Shown here: positions 36,778 through 47,323 of the stretch, piece after piece | Numbering within the stretch: position 1 is the stretch's first letter | How the letters are laid out: every line of letters starts with the position of its first letter | Assembly (NCBI GenBank): GCA_963843845.1 | Contig: CAWJMB010000002.1 | Location: 192,001-256,000, forward strand | Origin: an uncultured Gemmatimonadaceae bacterium | Lineage (GTDB): Bacteria; Gemmatimonadota; Gemmatimonadetes; Gemmatimonadales; Gemmatimonadaceae | Length of the DNA stretch: 64,000 bases | Direction of reading: 5' to 3' | Notes under the pieces: generated by a model | Database searches by the model: none | The model's input: only the letters and a program-made list of their open reading frames with translations | What the model was told of the DNA's origin: nothing | Program-made: the position numbers and the translations under genes

Positions 36778-38130
36778 ATGCCCACCACAGGTCGCCTCCT
36801 CGCGCTCTGCCTCGTCCTCGCCGCCGCCTGCGAGAAGAGACCGTCCGCCGTCGCCGCGGCCCGCGCCGGTGAGACGGCCGGTGAGACGCCGGCCGTACGC
36901 CCCGCGCTCCGCTCGCCGATGGACTCCCTCGCCGCCGTCTACGTCCGCACCGCGCTCGCGCTGGGGCTTCACGACGCGGACTTCGTGGACGCCTACTATG
37001 GGCCGGCCGAGTGGCGCGCCGAGGTCGAGCGCGAGAAGCCGTCGCTCGCCGCGGTGCGCGACCGCGCGGTCGAGGCCCTGCGCGCCGTCGAGGCGACGCC
37101 CGCGCCCGCGGACTCGATGCTCCGGCTCCGCCGCGAGTTTCTGCGCAAGCAGCTGCGGGCGCTCGTGGCGCGCGCCGAGATCGTCGGCGGGAAGCGACTC
37201 CCCTTCGACGAGGAGTCTCGTGCGCTCTTCGACGCGGTGGCGCCGCGGCACGACGAGGAGCACTTCCGGCGCACCCTCCGGCAGCTCGACGCGCTGCTGC
37301 CGGGCGCCGGGCCGGTGCCGGCCCGCTACGAGCAGTGGCGGCGCGCGTTCGTCGTCCCGCCCGAGAAGCTCGACGCCGTGTTCAGGCGCGCGGTCGAGGC
37401 GTGCCGCGCGCGCACGGCCCGCCGCGTCGCGCTGCCGCCCGGCGAGGGGTTCCGCGTGGAGTACGTGACCGGCAAGCCGTGGAGCGCCTACAACTGGTAC
37501 CAGGGGAGCTTCGCCTCGCGCATCCAGGTCAATACGAGCCTCCCCTTCCACATCGACGGCGCGGTCTACTTGGGGTGCCACGAGGGGTATCCGGGGCACC
37601 ACGTCTACAACGCGCTCCTCGAGCGGCACCTCGTGCGCGACCGCGGCTGGGTGGAGTACAGCGTCTATCCGCTCTTCAGCCCGCAGTCGTTAATCGCCGA
37701 GGGCAGCGCGAACTACGCGCAGGAGATGGCGTTCCCGGGGCAGGAGCGCGCGGCGTTCGAGCGCGACTCGGTGTGGCCGCTCGCGGGCCTCGATCCGGCG
37801 CGCGCGGCCGAATACTACCGCGTGCAGGATCTCGTCCGCGCGCTGAACTACGCGGAGAACGAAGCGGCGCGGCAGTACCTCGACGGCACGATGGACGCCG
37901 CGCGCGCGACGCAGTGGCTCGCGACCTACGCGCTGCTCTCGCCGGAGGCCGCCGCGCAGCGGCTCCGCTTCATCGAGCGGTACCGTACCTACGTGATCAA
38001 CTACAACCTCGGGCAGGACCTCGTGCGCCAGTACGTGGCGCGCGTGGCCGGTCCGACCGCGTCCGAGGCGCGGCGGTGGGAGGCGTTCGCCGCGCTGCTC
38101 TCCTCGCCGCGTCTCCCGTCAGGACTCTGA
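36778..38130 (+). CDS. Lipoprotein, DUF885-like putative metallopeptidase
   Basis: LAAAC lipobox; HEGYPGHH and downstream AEG motifs. Confidence 0.78.
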   Translation: MPTTGRLLALCLVLAAACEKRPSAVAAARAGETAGETPAVRPALRSPMDSLAAVYVRTALALGLHDADFVDAYYGPAEWRAEVEREKPSLAAVRDRAVEALRAVEATPAPADSMLRLRREFLRKQLRALVARAEIVGGKRLPFDEESRALFDAVAPRHDEEHFRRTLRQLDALLPGAGPVPARYEQWRRAFVVPPEKLDAVFRRAVEACRARTARRVALPPGEGFRVEYVTGKPWSAYNWYQGSFASRIQVNTSLPFHIDGAVYLGCHEGYPGHHVYNALLERHLVRDRGWVEYSVYPLFSPQSLIAEGSANYAQEMAFPGQERAAFERDSVWPLAGLDPARAAEYYRVQDLVRALNYAENEAARQYLDGTMDAARATQWLATYALLSPEAAAQRLRFIERYRTYVINYNLGQDLVRQYVARVAGPTASEARRWEAFAALLSSPRLPSGL

Positions 38131-38557
38131 GGCGCTGTCGCGATGCCTCTTGCCGCCCCGCCCACGCCGCGTGGGCGCCACGCGGCGCCACCGGCGCATC
38201 GAGCCGGCGCGCGCGTGAAGCTGACCCGCCTCGACTCGCACCTCGCATGATCGCCGTGGCCCGCCACTAGGTGACCCGACGCGCTGCTGGCGGGTTACTC
38301 GACGGCGGCGCTGGGCATCGTCGCACTCAACCGGGAGGCGCCGGACGGCGTATGAGCGAGCAGCAGTCTGAGGTCCGGGGCGCGACGACGCGGCGGGTGG
38401 CGCGCGGCGCCGCGCGGTACGGCGTCGGGATCGGCGTGCTGCTCGCGCTGGCCGTCCTGCCGTACCCGGACCCCCGCAGGCACCGCGTTCGCCACCGGTG
38501 CTTCGACTTCCGCCCGTTCGCCACCGTCGCGCTGCCGCGCTGAGCACGCGAGTCGCC

Positions 38558-38607
38558 TGAGGGGTCGGTGACATCGGTAACGGAGTAGTCCGAGGACATC
38601 GGTAACA
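38558..38607. mobile_element. Isolated IS end remnant (IS481-like)
   Basis: TGA..GACATCGGTAAC-N13-GACATCGGTAACA direct repeats; no transposase nearby. Confidence 0.5.
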
Positions 38608-38631
38608 ATCGCGGCCAGACCTCCCGACCCC

Positions 38632-39069
38632 GTGACAGCCCGCATCCGCGTCATCGCCGTCGCGCTGTGCCGGGCCGGCGACCGCGTCCTCGTCGAGCGC
38701 GGCAACGACCGCGCGCGCGACCTGCACTTCTACCGCGCCATCGGCGGCGGCGTCGAGTTCGGCGAGTCGGCCGCGGAGGCGGTCGCGCGCGAGTGGCGCG
38801 AGGAATTCGGCGTCACGCTCGTGGCGCCGGCGCTGCGCGGCGTGCTCGAGAACCGCTTCACGTACGACGGGCGCCCCGGCCACGAGATCGTATTCGTCTT
38901 CGCCGCGCGGATCGCCGAGCCCGAGGCGCACGAGCGCGACGAGCTCGAGTCGGTCGACACCGACGGCGCGCGCCACGTCGCGGTGTGGGTGCCGATCGCC
39001 GAGCTCCGTGACGGCGAGCGGCCTCTCGTCCCGCGCGGCCTGCTCGACCTCGTGCCGCCAGCCGACTAA
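38632..39069 (+). CDS. NUDIX hydrolase
   Basis: GGGVEFGESAAEAVAREWREEFG Nudix box. Confidence 0.93.
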   Translation: MTARIRVIAVALCRAGDRVLVERGNDRARDLHFYRAIGGGVEFGESAAEAVAREWREEFGVTLVAPALRGVLENRFTYDGRPGHEIVFVFAARIAEPEAHERDELESVDTDGARHVAVWVPIAELRDGERPLVPRGLLDLVPPAD

Positions 39070-39163
39070 CGATTCGATCCCGGCACGACCGGCGGCGCGC
39101 GCCGCCGCCGCGCAGATCACGTCGCCCCGGCCACCCGACCCGAGCGTCAGGCACACGACTTCG

Positions 39164-39715
39164 ATGAGCGAACCGACGCGACGGCTCGTGCTCGTGCGGC
39201 ACGCCGCGGCCGCGGGGCAGGACCCGGCCGCGGCGCTCACGCCCGACGGCGAGCGCCAGGCGCGCGCGCTGGCCGACCTCCTCGCGCGCCTCGGCGTCGC
39301 GCGCGTCGTCGCGAGCCCGTTCGTCCGCGCGGTCGAGACGGCGCGCCCCTTCTGCGCGCGCGCCGGCCTCGCGCTCGAGACCGACGCCCGGCTCGTCGAG
39401 CGCGCGCTCGGCCCCCCGGACCTCGCGGACTGGCGCGAGCATCTGCGCCGCTCGTTCGACGACCTCGACTACCGGCTCGACGGCGGCGAGTCGGCCCGCG
39501 CGGCGCAGGCGCGCGGTGCCGCGGTCGTCCGCGACGCGCTCGCCTCGGGCGCGCGGTGCGCGCTGGTGACGCACGGCAACCTGCTGGCGCTCCTCCTCAA
39601 CGCGGTCGACCCTGCGTTCGGGTTCGACGCGTGGGCGCGGCTCACGAACCCCGACGCCTTCCTGCTGAACGCCGACGACCGCGGACCCACGTCGTTCACG
39701 CGCGTCTGGGCCTGA
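39164..39715 (+). CDS. Histidine phosphatase family protein
   Basis: LVRHA; SPFVRAVET; VTHGN. Confidence 0.9.
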   Translation: MSEPTRRLVLVRHAAAAGQDPAAALTPDGERQARALADLLARLGVARVVASPFVRAVETARPFCARAGLALETDARLVERALGPPDLADWREHLRRSFDDLDYRLDGGESARAAQARGAAVVRDALASGARCALVTHGNLLALLLNAVDPAFGFDAWARLTNPDAFLLNADDRGPTSFTRVWA

Positions 39716-39825
39716 CCGCGCCGGCCGTGTCCCGCTTCGTTGCGGCCGACGAGCCCGGGCCCCGCGGTTCACGGAGGCCGGGTTCCACCGCCGCGCCCGC
39801 GGGGCCGGTCGGTAGACTTCGTGCC

Positions 39826-40765
39826 ATGCTCTGGCTCGGGCCGCGCCGCGGCTACCTCACCGACTGGGTCACGCAGCGCTGGGTGCAGGCCACCGGCCGC
39901 CGCGTCGCGCTCGCCGACGCGCCGTGGCTCGACGGCCCCGCGGGCGACCCCGAGGGGATCGGCCCCGACGTCTTCGAGCGGCTCGCCGAGCGCGAGGGGC
40001 TCGCGCTCGGCCGCCCCCCCGACGCCGGCCTGCTCGCCGACTTCGCCGCGCTCGCCGCCCCCGACTTCGACCCGCGCGCCGTCGACCCCGGCGTGGCCGA
40101 GTTCTACGAGCGCACCGCCGCCTACGAGCTCGACTCGTGGGCCGAGTGGGCGGGGGCGTTCCGGCCGTTCGGGCGGCTGCTCGCGCGGCTGTTCAGCCGG
40201 CGGCTGCAGCAGCTCAACGTCCCGCTCTCCGGGCTCGACACGAGCCGCGGCGTCACGAGCGAGGTGTTGCAGCTGACGGACCCGCGCACCGGCGCCGTGC
40301 GCTACACCGCGTGGCTCCGCCGGCTCGTCGGGAGCGGCGACGTGCTCTACGCGGGGAGCTACGGGCTGGCGACGGTGCCGGGGCGACGCGGCGCCTGCGT
40401 GAAGGTCGTCTTCCCGCTGCCGAACGGGAACGCGATCGTCGTCATGCGCCCCGAGGCGCACCCGGACGGCTCCTTCTCGGTCGTCTCGGCCGGCGCGCGC
40501 TTCGGCGACCCGGGGTTCTACTTCACGGTGCGCGGCGACCGCGAGGGGACGGTGTGGGCGCGCCACGTCGCGTCGCTCCGCGAGTCGATCCGCGTCTACG
40601 ACGCCGAGCGGGGCGCGGTGCGCGCCGATCACGTGCTGACGCTCTGGGGGCTAACGTTCCTGCGTCTGCACTACCGGCTCCGCTGCGTCGGCGCGCCCGC
40701 CGGCACGCCCGCCGCGGCGACCTGCCCCGACCCGCCGCGCCCCCGCCCTCCCGCCCCGCCCGTGA
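39826..40765 (+). CDS. Conserved hypothetical protein (3' end uncertain)
   Basis: Protein-like frame to FLRLHYRL; no in-frame stop before the next gene; out-of-frame TGA at 40763. Confidence 0.6.
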
Positions 40766-43222
40766 CGCACCGCCCGCGCTCCCTGCTGCCGCTCCTCGCC
40801 GCGCTGTGCGCCCCCGCGCTCGGCGCGCTCGCCCCCGCGCGCGCCGACGCCCAGCCCCCGGCCCAGCCGGCCGCCGCCGGCGTCACGCGTGTCCGGCCGC
40901 GTGCAGGACGCGGAGACGAAGGCGCCGCTCCCCTACCTCACGCTCCAGCTGCTGACGGAGCGCGACAGCGCGTTCGTGGCCGGTCGGCTGACGAGCGAGG
41001 CGGGGGAGTTCGCGTTCACCGGGCTCCGCCGTGGCGTCTACGTCCTCGTCGCGCGGTCGATCGGCTACCGCCCGCTGCGCCAGCGCGTCCTCGTCGGCGA
41101 GCTGAGCGCGTTCCTCGACCTCGGCGCGTTGCAGCTGACGCGCGAGGCGCGCGCCCTGGCCGAGGTCGTCGTCAGCGACGCGGCGGCCGGGCGGTCGGCG
41201 GCGATGGAGAAGCAGACGTTCGCCGTCGCCGACAACGTCGCGCAGAGCGGCGGCTCGGTGCTGCAGGCGATGTCCACCGTGCCGGGCGTGACCGTCGGGC
41301 AGGACGGCAAGGTGCTGATCCGCGGCAGCGACAAGGTCCTCGTCCTCGTCGACGGCAAGCAGACCGCGCTCACCGGCTTCGGCTCGCAGGCCGGCCTCGA
41401 CAACCTCCCCGCCTCGGCGATCGAGCGCATCGAGGTCATCAACGACCCGTCGGCGCGCTTCGACGCGAACGCGAGCGCGGGGATCATCAACCTCGTGCTG
41501 CGGAAGGAGGAGCAGGAAGGGCTGAACGGGAAGGTCGGGCTCACCGCCGGCGCCGGCGCGCTGTGGGAGCGGCGCGAGAACCTGCCGACGATCCGCCCGC
41601 AGTACCGCCGCACGCCGAAGCTCAACCCGTCGCTCGCGCTCAACTACCGCAGCGGCGCGACGAACACGTTCCTGCAGGGCGACTGGCTCTACGCGCCGAC
41701 GCTGAACCGCAACGAGTTCGCGACGCGCACCTACGACGACGGCTCGTCGGTCGTGCAGCAGGTGAAGCGCAACCGGCGCACCGACTACGCGACGGTGAAC
41801 GCCGGCGTCGACCACGCGCTCGGCGCGCGCAACGCGGTCAGCGTCTCCGGGCTGTTCAACCGCGAGAAGATCATCGACCGCGGCGACAACCCGTACTTCG
41901 ACGGCGCGCTGCAGCGGCGCACGCGGCTGTGGCAGTTCCTCGAGGACGAGGTGAAGTACACCGCGTTCGGGAGCGCGGCGCTCCGCCACCGCTTCGCGCA
42001 GCCGGGTCACACGCTCGCGATCACGAGCACCTACTCGTTCCACCGCGAGGACGAGAAGTACTTCTTCACGAATACCCTCCCCACCTCGGTCGGCACCGAC
42101 GCGTTCAAGCTGCTCTCCGACGAGCACGTCGTGGAGCTGAGCGCGGACTACGTGAAGCCGCTGCGGCAGGGGCGCGTCGAGGGGGGCTTCAAGGGGCGCT
42201 ACCGCTCGATCCCCGTCGACATGCAGTTCGTGCCGGGCGCGAACTCGGTCATCGACGCCGGCGCGGGCGGCTGGGCGGACTACCGCGAGACGATCCCCGC
42301 GGTCTACGGCACGTACGTCTTCGAGAGCGAGCGCGTCGAGCTCGAAGGGGGGCTGCGCCTCGAGGGGGTGCGCGTCGACTACGACGTGAACCCCGGCCAC
42401 AACACGTACCGCAGCGACGGCTACCGCTACCTGCAGCCGTTCCCGAACGTGCGCGCCGCCTACAAGTTCGACGAGTCGAACAAGCTCGCGCTGTTCGTGA
42501 ACCGGCGCGTCGACCGCCCGAACGAGGTCGACATCCGCATCTTCCCGAAGTACGACGAGCCCGAGCTGATCAAGGTCGGCAACCCCGCCCTGCAGCCGCA
42601 GTACGCGACGTCGGCCGAGCTCGGGTTCCGCACCGCATGGGGGCGCGGCAGCCTGTACGCCGCCGCGTTCCACCGCCTCGTCGACGGCACCATCACGCGC
42701 ATCGCGACGCAGGCGCCGGGGAGCCCGATCCTCTACAACGTGTTCCAGAACGCGGGGCGCAGCCGCAGCACGGGCTCCGAGGTCGCGTGGCAGCAGACGC
42801 TCTCGCGCCGCCTCACGCTCGGCGCGAACGCGTCGGTCTACCGCCGCACGGTCGACGCGTTCTCGGGAGTCAACCTCTACCCGGTGCCGGTCGCGTACGC
42901 GGCGCCGCGCGACCGGCTCACGTCGGGGAACGTCAAGGTGAACGCGGTGATCGTCTTTCCCGGCGACTGGCAGACGCAGCTCTCGAACGTCTACCTCGCC
43001 CCCGACCTCGTGCCGCAGGGGCGCACCGAGTCGCGCTCGTCGCTCGACGTCGGCGTCCGGAAGAGCGTGCAGCGCGGCCGCGGCGAGATCGTCGCGAACG
43101 CGACCGACCTGCTCAACACGAACCAGCCGCGGCGCACGATCCGCGGCACGAACTTCACCTACGTCAGCCGCGACTACCTGGAGACGCAGGTGGTCCGCGT
43201 CGGCTACAGCCGCAAATTCTAG
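40762..43222 (+). CDS. TonB-dependent outer membrane receptor (frameshift near 40885)
   Basis: Signal peptide from GTG 40762; plug IERIEVINDPSARFDA..GIINLVL; GNPALQP; C-terminal YSRKF. Confidence 0.9.
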
Positions 43223-43244
43223 ACGACCCCGCCGGAGGCGGACC

Positions 43245-44066
43245 ATGAATCGTCGAACGTTCGTCGCGTCGTCCGCGCTCGGCTCCGTCGCCGCCTTCGG
43301 CGGCGCGCGGCCGCTGCCTAACGATCTACTCAACGATCTGCCTGACTCGCCCGCCGAGCCCACACCCTCGATGGCCACCCGAAAGATCCTCATCGCCGGC
43401 GGCGGATTCCGCACCGCGTTCATCCGCTACATGGCGCAGCTCACCGGCAAGCGCCGCCCGCAAGATCCTCTACCTGCCGACCGCTTCGGCCGACAGCGCC
43501 GACGGATCGCTCGCCTTCTTCCAGGCGTGCGCGCCGCTCGACGTCGAGCCGTCGGTGCAGAACAGCTTCATCGAGAGCCTCTCGCAGACGCGGTCGTGGG
43601 AGGAGGTGCTGCTCTCCGTCGACGGCATCGTCTGCTCCGGCGGCAACACGCTGAACCAGCAGGCGATCTGGAAGGCGCAGGGAATCGACGTCGTGCTCCG
43701 CAAGGCGTGGGACCAGGGGATCGTGCTCGGGCGGCGCGAGCGCGGGGTCGCTCTGCTGGTTCGAGGAGGGGACGACCGACTCGCGCCCGCAGCAGCTCTC
43801 GAAGGTCGAGTGCCTCGGCTTCCTGAAGGGAAGCCACTCGCCGCACTACGACGCCGAGGCCGGCCGCCGTCCGCTGTACCACCGGCTGATCGGCTCGGGG
43901 CAGATGAAGCCCGGCTACGCCTGCGACAACGACGCCGGGATCTACTTCGAGGACAACGACGGTGAAGCGCGTCGTCGCGACGCGCGGCGGCGCCAAGGTC
44001 TACTACGTGAGCGTCGTGAACGGCGCGGTGAAGGAGCGGGTGATGGAGCCGGAGATGATCGCGTAG
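43245..44066 (+). pseudogene. Peptidase E (S51) with Tat-like signal; frameshifted
   Basis: NRRTF; KILYLPTASAD; SGGNTLN; GASAGSLCWF; SPHYD distributed over frames. Confidence 0.85.
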
Positions 44067-44204
44067 CGTGCCTCTTCGCGCCGACGTTCGCCGAGTCCTC
44101 CACACGATGACTGTGGCTTCGCGCCTCGATCGTGTCACTGTCGACGTGCCACCGGGCCGGCACCGCCGCGTTCGAGCGAACCACGGATCGGTCGATCGTC
44201 GCAG

Positions 44205-45131
44205 GTGATGCAAGTGTCAGCCGCCGGCCCGAATTTCACGCTCGACGACGAGGTTCGCGCTGCGATGTTCGCGTACGTGCGGCAGCTGCGCGATCGATAC
44301 GGGAGTCGGATTCCGCGCGAGGTGCTGATGATCGGCATCACCGTGCGCGGCCAGCACGTACCGGTCTGGAACTATCAGAAGGGCATCTTCAAGCCGGCGA
44401 TCCTCGGCCGCGACGGTGCCGCGGTCAGTGTCCAGACCTCGGCAGACTCGCCGTACGCAGACGTGCACGATCCGGAGGCGGGGCACTTCGTCTACAAGTA
44501 CCGCGGGACGGACCCGGCACACCCCGACAACCTCGCGCTCCGACGGGCGATGGAGACGCAGCGGCCGCTTCTCTATCTCGTCGCGGTCGATCCCGGCGCG
44601 TACGATGCGATCATGCCGGTCTTCGTCGTCGGTGATCAGCCGGCGCTGCTCCAGTTCACCCTCGTCGCCGACCAGCCTCTCGCGGGCGTCGGCGGGGACC
44701 CCGTGCTCACAACGGCGCGGCGCGAGTACGCGACGCGAGCCGTGATGCAGCGGCTGCACCAGCAGCAGTTCCGGCGGCGCGTGCTCGTCGCCTACCGAAA
44801 TCAGTGTGCGATCTGCCGCCTCCGGCACGTCGAACTGCTCGACGCGGCGCACATCCTCCCCGACCGCGACCCGCGCGGCGAGCCGGTCGTCACGAACGGG
44901 TTGGGGCTCTGCAAGATCCATCACTCCGCGTACGACGCGCACATCATCGGCGTCGACCCAGATGCGCGCGTGCATGTCCGCGCGGACATCCTGACCGAGG
45001 TCGACGGGCCGATGCTACGCTACGGGCTACAAGCCGTGCACGGCGGCCGGCTCGTGCTGCCGACACGCGAGGTGCTGCGCCCGAATCGCGAGTTCCTGGC
45101 CGAACGGTTCGAACGGTTCCGGGCCGCGTGA
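44205..45131 (+). CDS. HNH endonuclease with SRA-like N-terminus (putative restriction enzyme)
   Basis: FRRRVLVAYRNQCAIC..LDAAHI..NGLGLCKIHHSAYD; N-terminal PYAD..YKYRG..DNLALRRA; exact start uncertain. Confidence 0.85.
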   Translation: MMQVSAAGPNFTLDDEVRAAMFAYVRQLRDRYGSRIPREVLMIGITVRGQHVPVWNYQKGIFKPAILGRDGAAVSVQTSADSPYADVHDPEAGHFVYKYRGTDPAHPDNLALRRAMETQRPLLYLVAVDPGAYDAIMPVFVVGDQPALLQFTLVADQPLAGVGGDPVLTTARREYATRAVMQRLHQQQFRRRVLVAYRNQCAICRLRHVELLDAAHILPDRDPRGEPVVTNGLGLCKIHHSAYDAHIIGVDPDARVHVRADILTEVDGPMLRYGLQAVHGGRLVLPTREVLRPNREFLAERFERFRAA

Positions 45132-45175
45132 TGGCTCGTGGGCTAGGCTGGAAGAATTTCCGTCTGGAGAGTCAC

Positions 45176-45340
45176 ATGTTCACGTCCTCCCAGCCGGCCC
45201 CGCCGGTGTTCGCCGGCACGCGCATGCCGGTGCAATCGTTGCTGGACCACTTGGAAGCCGGCGACACGCTCGACACGTTTCTCGACGACTTTCCGAGTGT
45301 CACTCGTGCGCACGCGGCGGGCGGTCCTCGAGCGCGCCGT
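45176..45340 (+). pseudogene. DUF433 antitoxin-like fragment
   Basis: PVFAGTRMPVQSLLDHLEAGDTLDTFLDDFPSV; truncated or frameshifted; no partner gene. Confidence 0.7.
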
Positions 45341-45742
45341 CGTCGGGGCCATCAGACCCGTCGGCACCGTGTAGTGCAGGTCCGACGTCGCCGGCTCGAG
45401 CGTCGGGTGATCGAGGCACGGGTACAGCAGGGCGCAGCCACCGCCCCACAGCGACGTGTCGATCCACGGATCCTTACTCTGCCGTCGATCGCGATCGACG
45501 CGATCGTGTATTTCGGATGGAGGTCGAGGATCAGCGTAGCGCATGATCGAGATGCTCGAACTCGAGCGCCAGCTGCTCGGCTGGCATCGGGCCGCCCTGC
45601 TTGCGCGTCTGCGCGGTGATGAACTTCTGGTCGGCGAGGTCGGTGACGGGTGCCGCCATCGGCCGCTGCGCGTGCACGATCGAGCCGTACGCGAGCATAG
45701 CCAGACCGCACGGCGTCGACCAGCGCGTCCCGTGAGGCACCA

Positions 45743-47041
45743 TCAGCGGTAGAGCAGGTACGGCTTGCCGCGTCTCCAGCCACTCCGCCGCCTCGCGGTC
45801 CCACTCGTCGAGCAGCGCCGGGAGCCGGCCCCCTTCGACCGCCGCGCGCACCTTGTCGACCCGGTGAGCCGGTCGATCGACGCGCGTCCACGCGAAGTCG
45901 CGCGGGTGCTGCCGGCGGATCTCGTCGATCAGCGAGGAGCGACGTGCGCACCGGGCGGTACGTCTGCGCGATCGGTGATGACGAAGCGGAGCGCCGGGAT
46001 CGTGTGGCCCTTGTGCTTCGCCGCCGTCGGCGCGACCGTCATGCGTGATCGCCTCGAAGCGCACGCCGGGGAGCCGCCTCGCGTTCATCGTCGCGGCGAC
46101 CGCCGGCGCGTTCAGCCAGGGCGCGCCGATCTGCTCGAACGGGCGGTCGGTGCCGCGCCCCTCGGTGAGGTTCGTGCCCTCGAAGTAGACCGTCCCCGGA
46201 TAGCTGGTGAGCGCGGCGAGCGAGCGCAGGTTCGGCGACGGGTTCACCCACGGCAGCCCGGTCTCGTCCTGCCACTGCGAGCGCCGCCAGTTCGCCGCGC
46301 GGAATCACGGTGAGATCGGCGCCGATGCTCGTCGCGCTGGTTGAACAGCGTCGCGAGCTCGCCGACCGTCATGCCGTGCCGCGCCGGGATCGGGTACATG
46401 CCGACGAACGACGTGAACTTGGGGTCGAGCAGCGCGCCCTCGACGATCTCGCCGCCGATCGGGTTCGGCCGGTCGAGCACGACGAACGGGATCCCCTTCC
46501 GCTTCGCCGCCTGCATCGCCAGCGCCATCGTCGACACGTAGGTCCACGTGCGCCCGCCGACCTCCTGCAGGTCGTAGACGAGCACGTCGACGTCGCTGGA
46601 GCATCTGCCGGCGTCGGGCCGCGGTCCTCGGCGAGGTAGAGCGAGTAGACCGGCACGCCCGTCTTCGCGTCGGTCTCGTCCTCGATCGCCACGCCGTCCA
46701 TCGCGTCGCCGCGGATGCCGTGCTCGGGCGCGAGCAGCGCCACGAGCTTCAGGTCGCGGGTGGCGCGCGACGAGGTCGATGTCGGGCGTGCGCGCGCGGT
46801 CGATCGCGAGTGGTTGGTGATCAGCCCGACGCGCTTGCCGCGCAGCGCCGCGGGCACGTCGGCGAGGAAGACCTCGATGCCGGGGCGCACGCTGCCCTGC
46901 GCGGCCGCGTCCTTCGTCACGCGCGGTGGCGACGCGGGCTGGGCGATGCCGACGCTGCACGAGAAGCGCGGAAGCGAGGAACGCTCCGCCGAGGGGGCGC
47001 GCGAGGGAGCGCGTGAGGGGGCGCGGAAGGAACGGCTTCAT
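45743..47041 (-). pseudogene. DUF1343 exo-beta-N-acetylmuramidase NamZ-like; multiple frameshifts
   Basis: GKRVGLITNH; APEHG; YDLQEVG.RTWTY; VLDRPNP; RHGMTVGE; PSPNL; EGRGT; YLLYR stop. Confidence 0.88.
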
Positions 47042-47323
47042 CGCGAGAGGGAGATCGGTGAATGTTCAGGAGCGGCGGACGAGGCACGCGGTGCCCTGGT
47101 GTCGCCTGAACGTGTCGTCTCGCGCGCTCGTTGTCGACCTCGGTCTCTGCTGCCGTGGTCGGTGCCTCTGCTGCAAGCGCGAGTGGAGGTCCCGTGCACG
47201 GAAGACGACCTCCAGGTCACGCATCCGCGATGTGCTGGAGGTCGTGTTCGTGCATGATTCCCTCTCTCTTCGATGTGATGTGACATCGCCGATCCACGAC
47301 CCACTCGCGCGACCGCGGACCTG

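Noticed and set aside
39556..43248. 1230-aa ORF suggesting a fusion to the TonB receptor
   Set aside because: It joins a hypothetical gene, the receptor signal peptide and then off-frame sequence; best explained by two frameshifts
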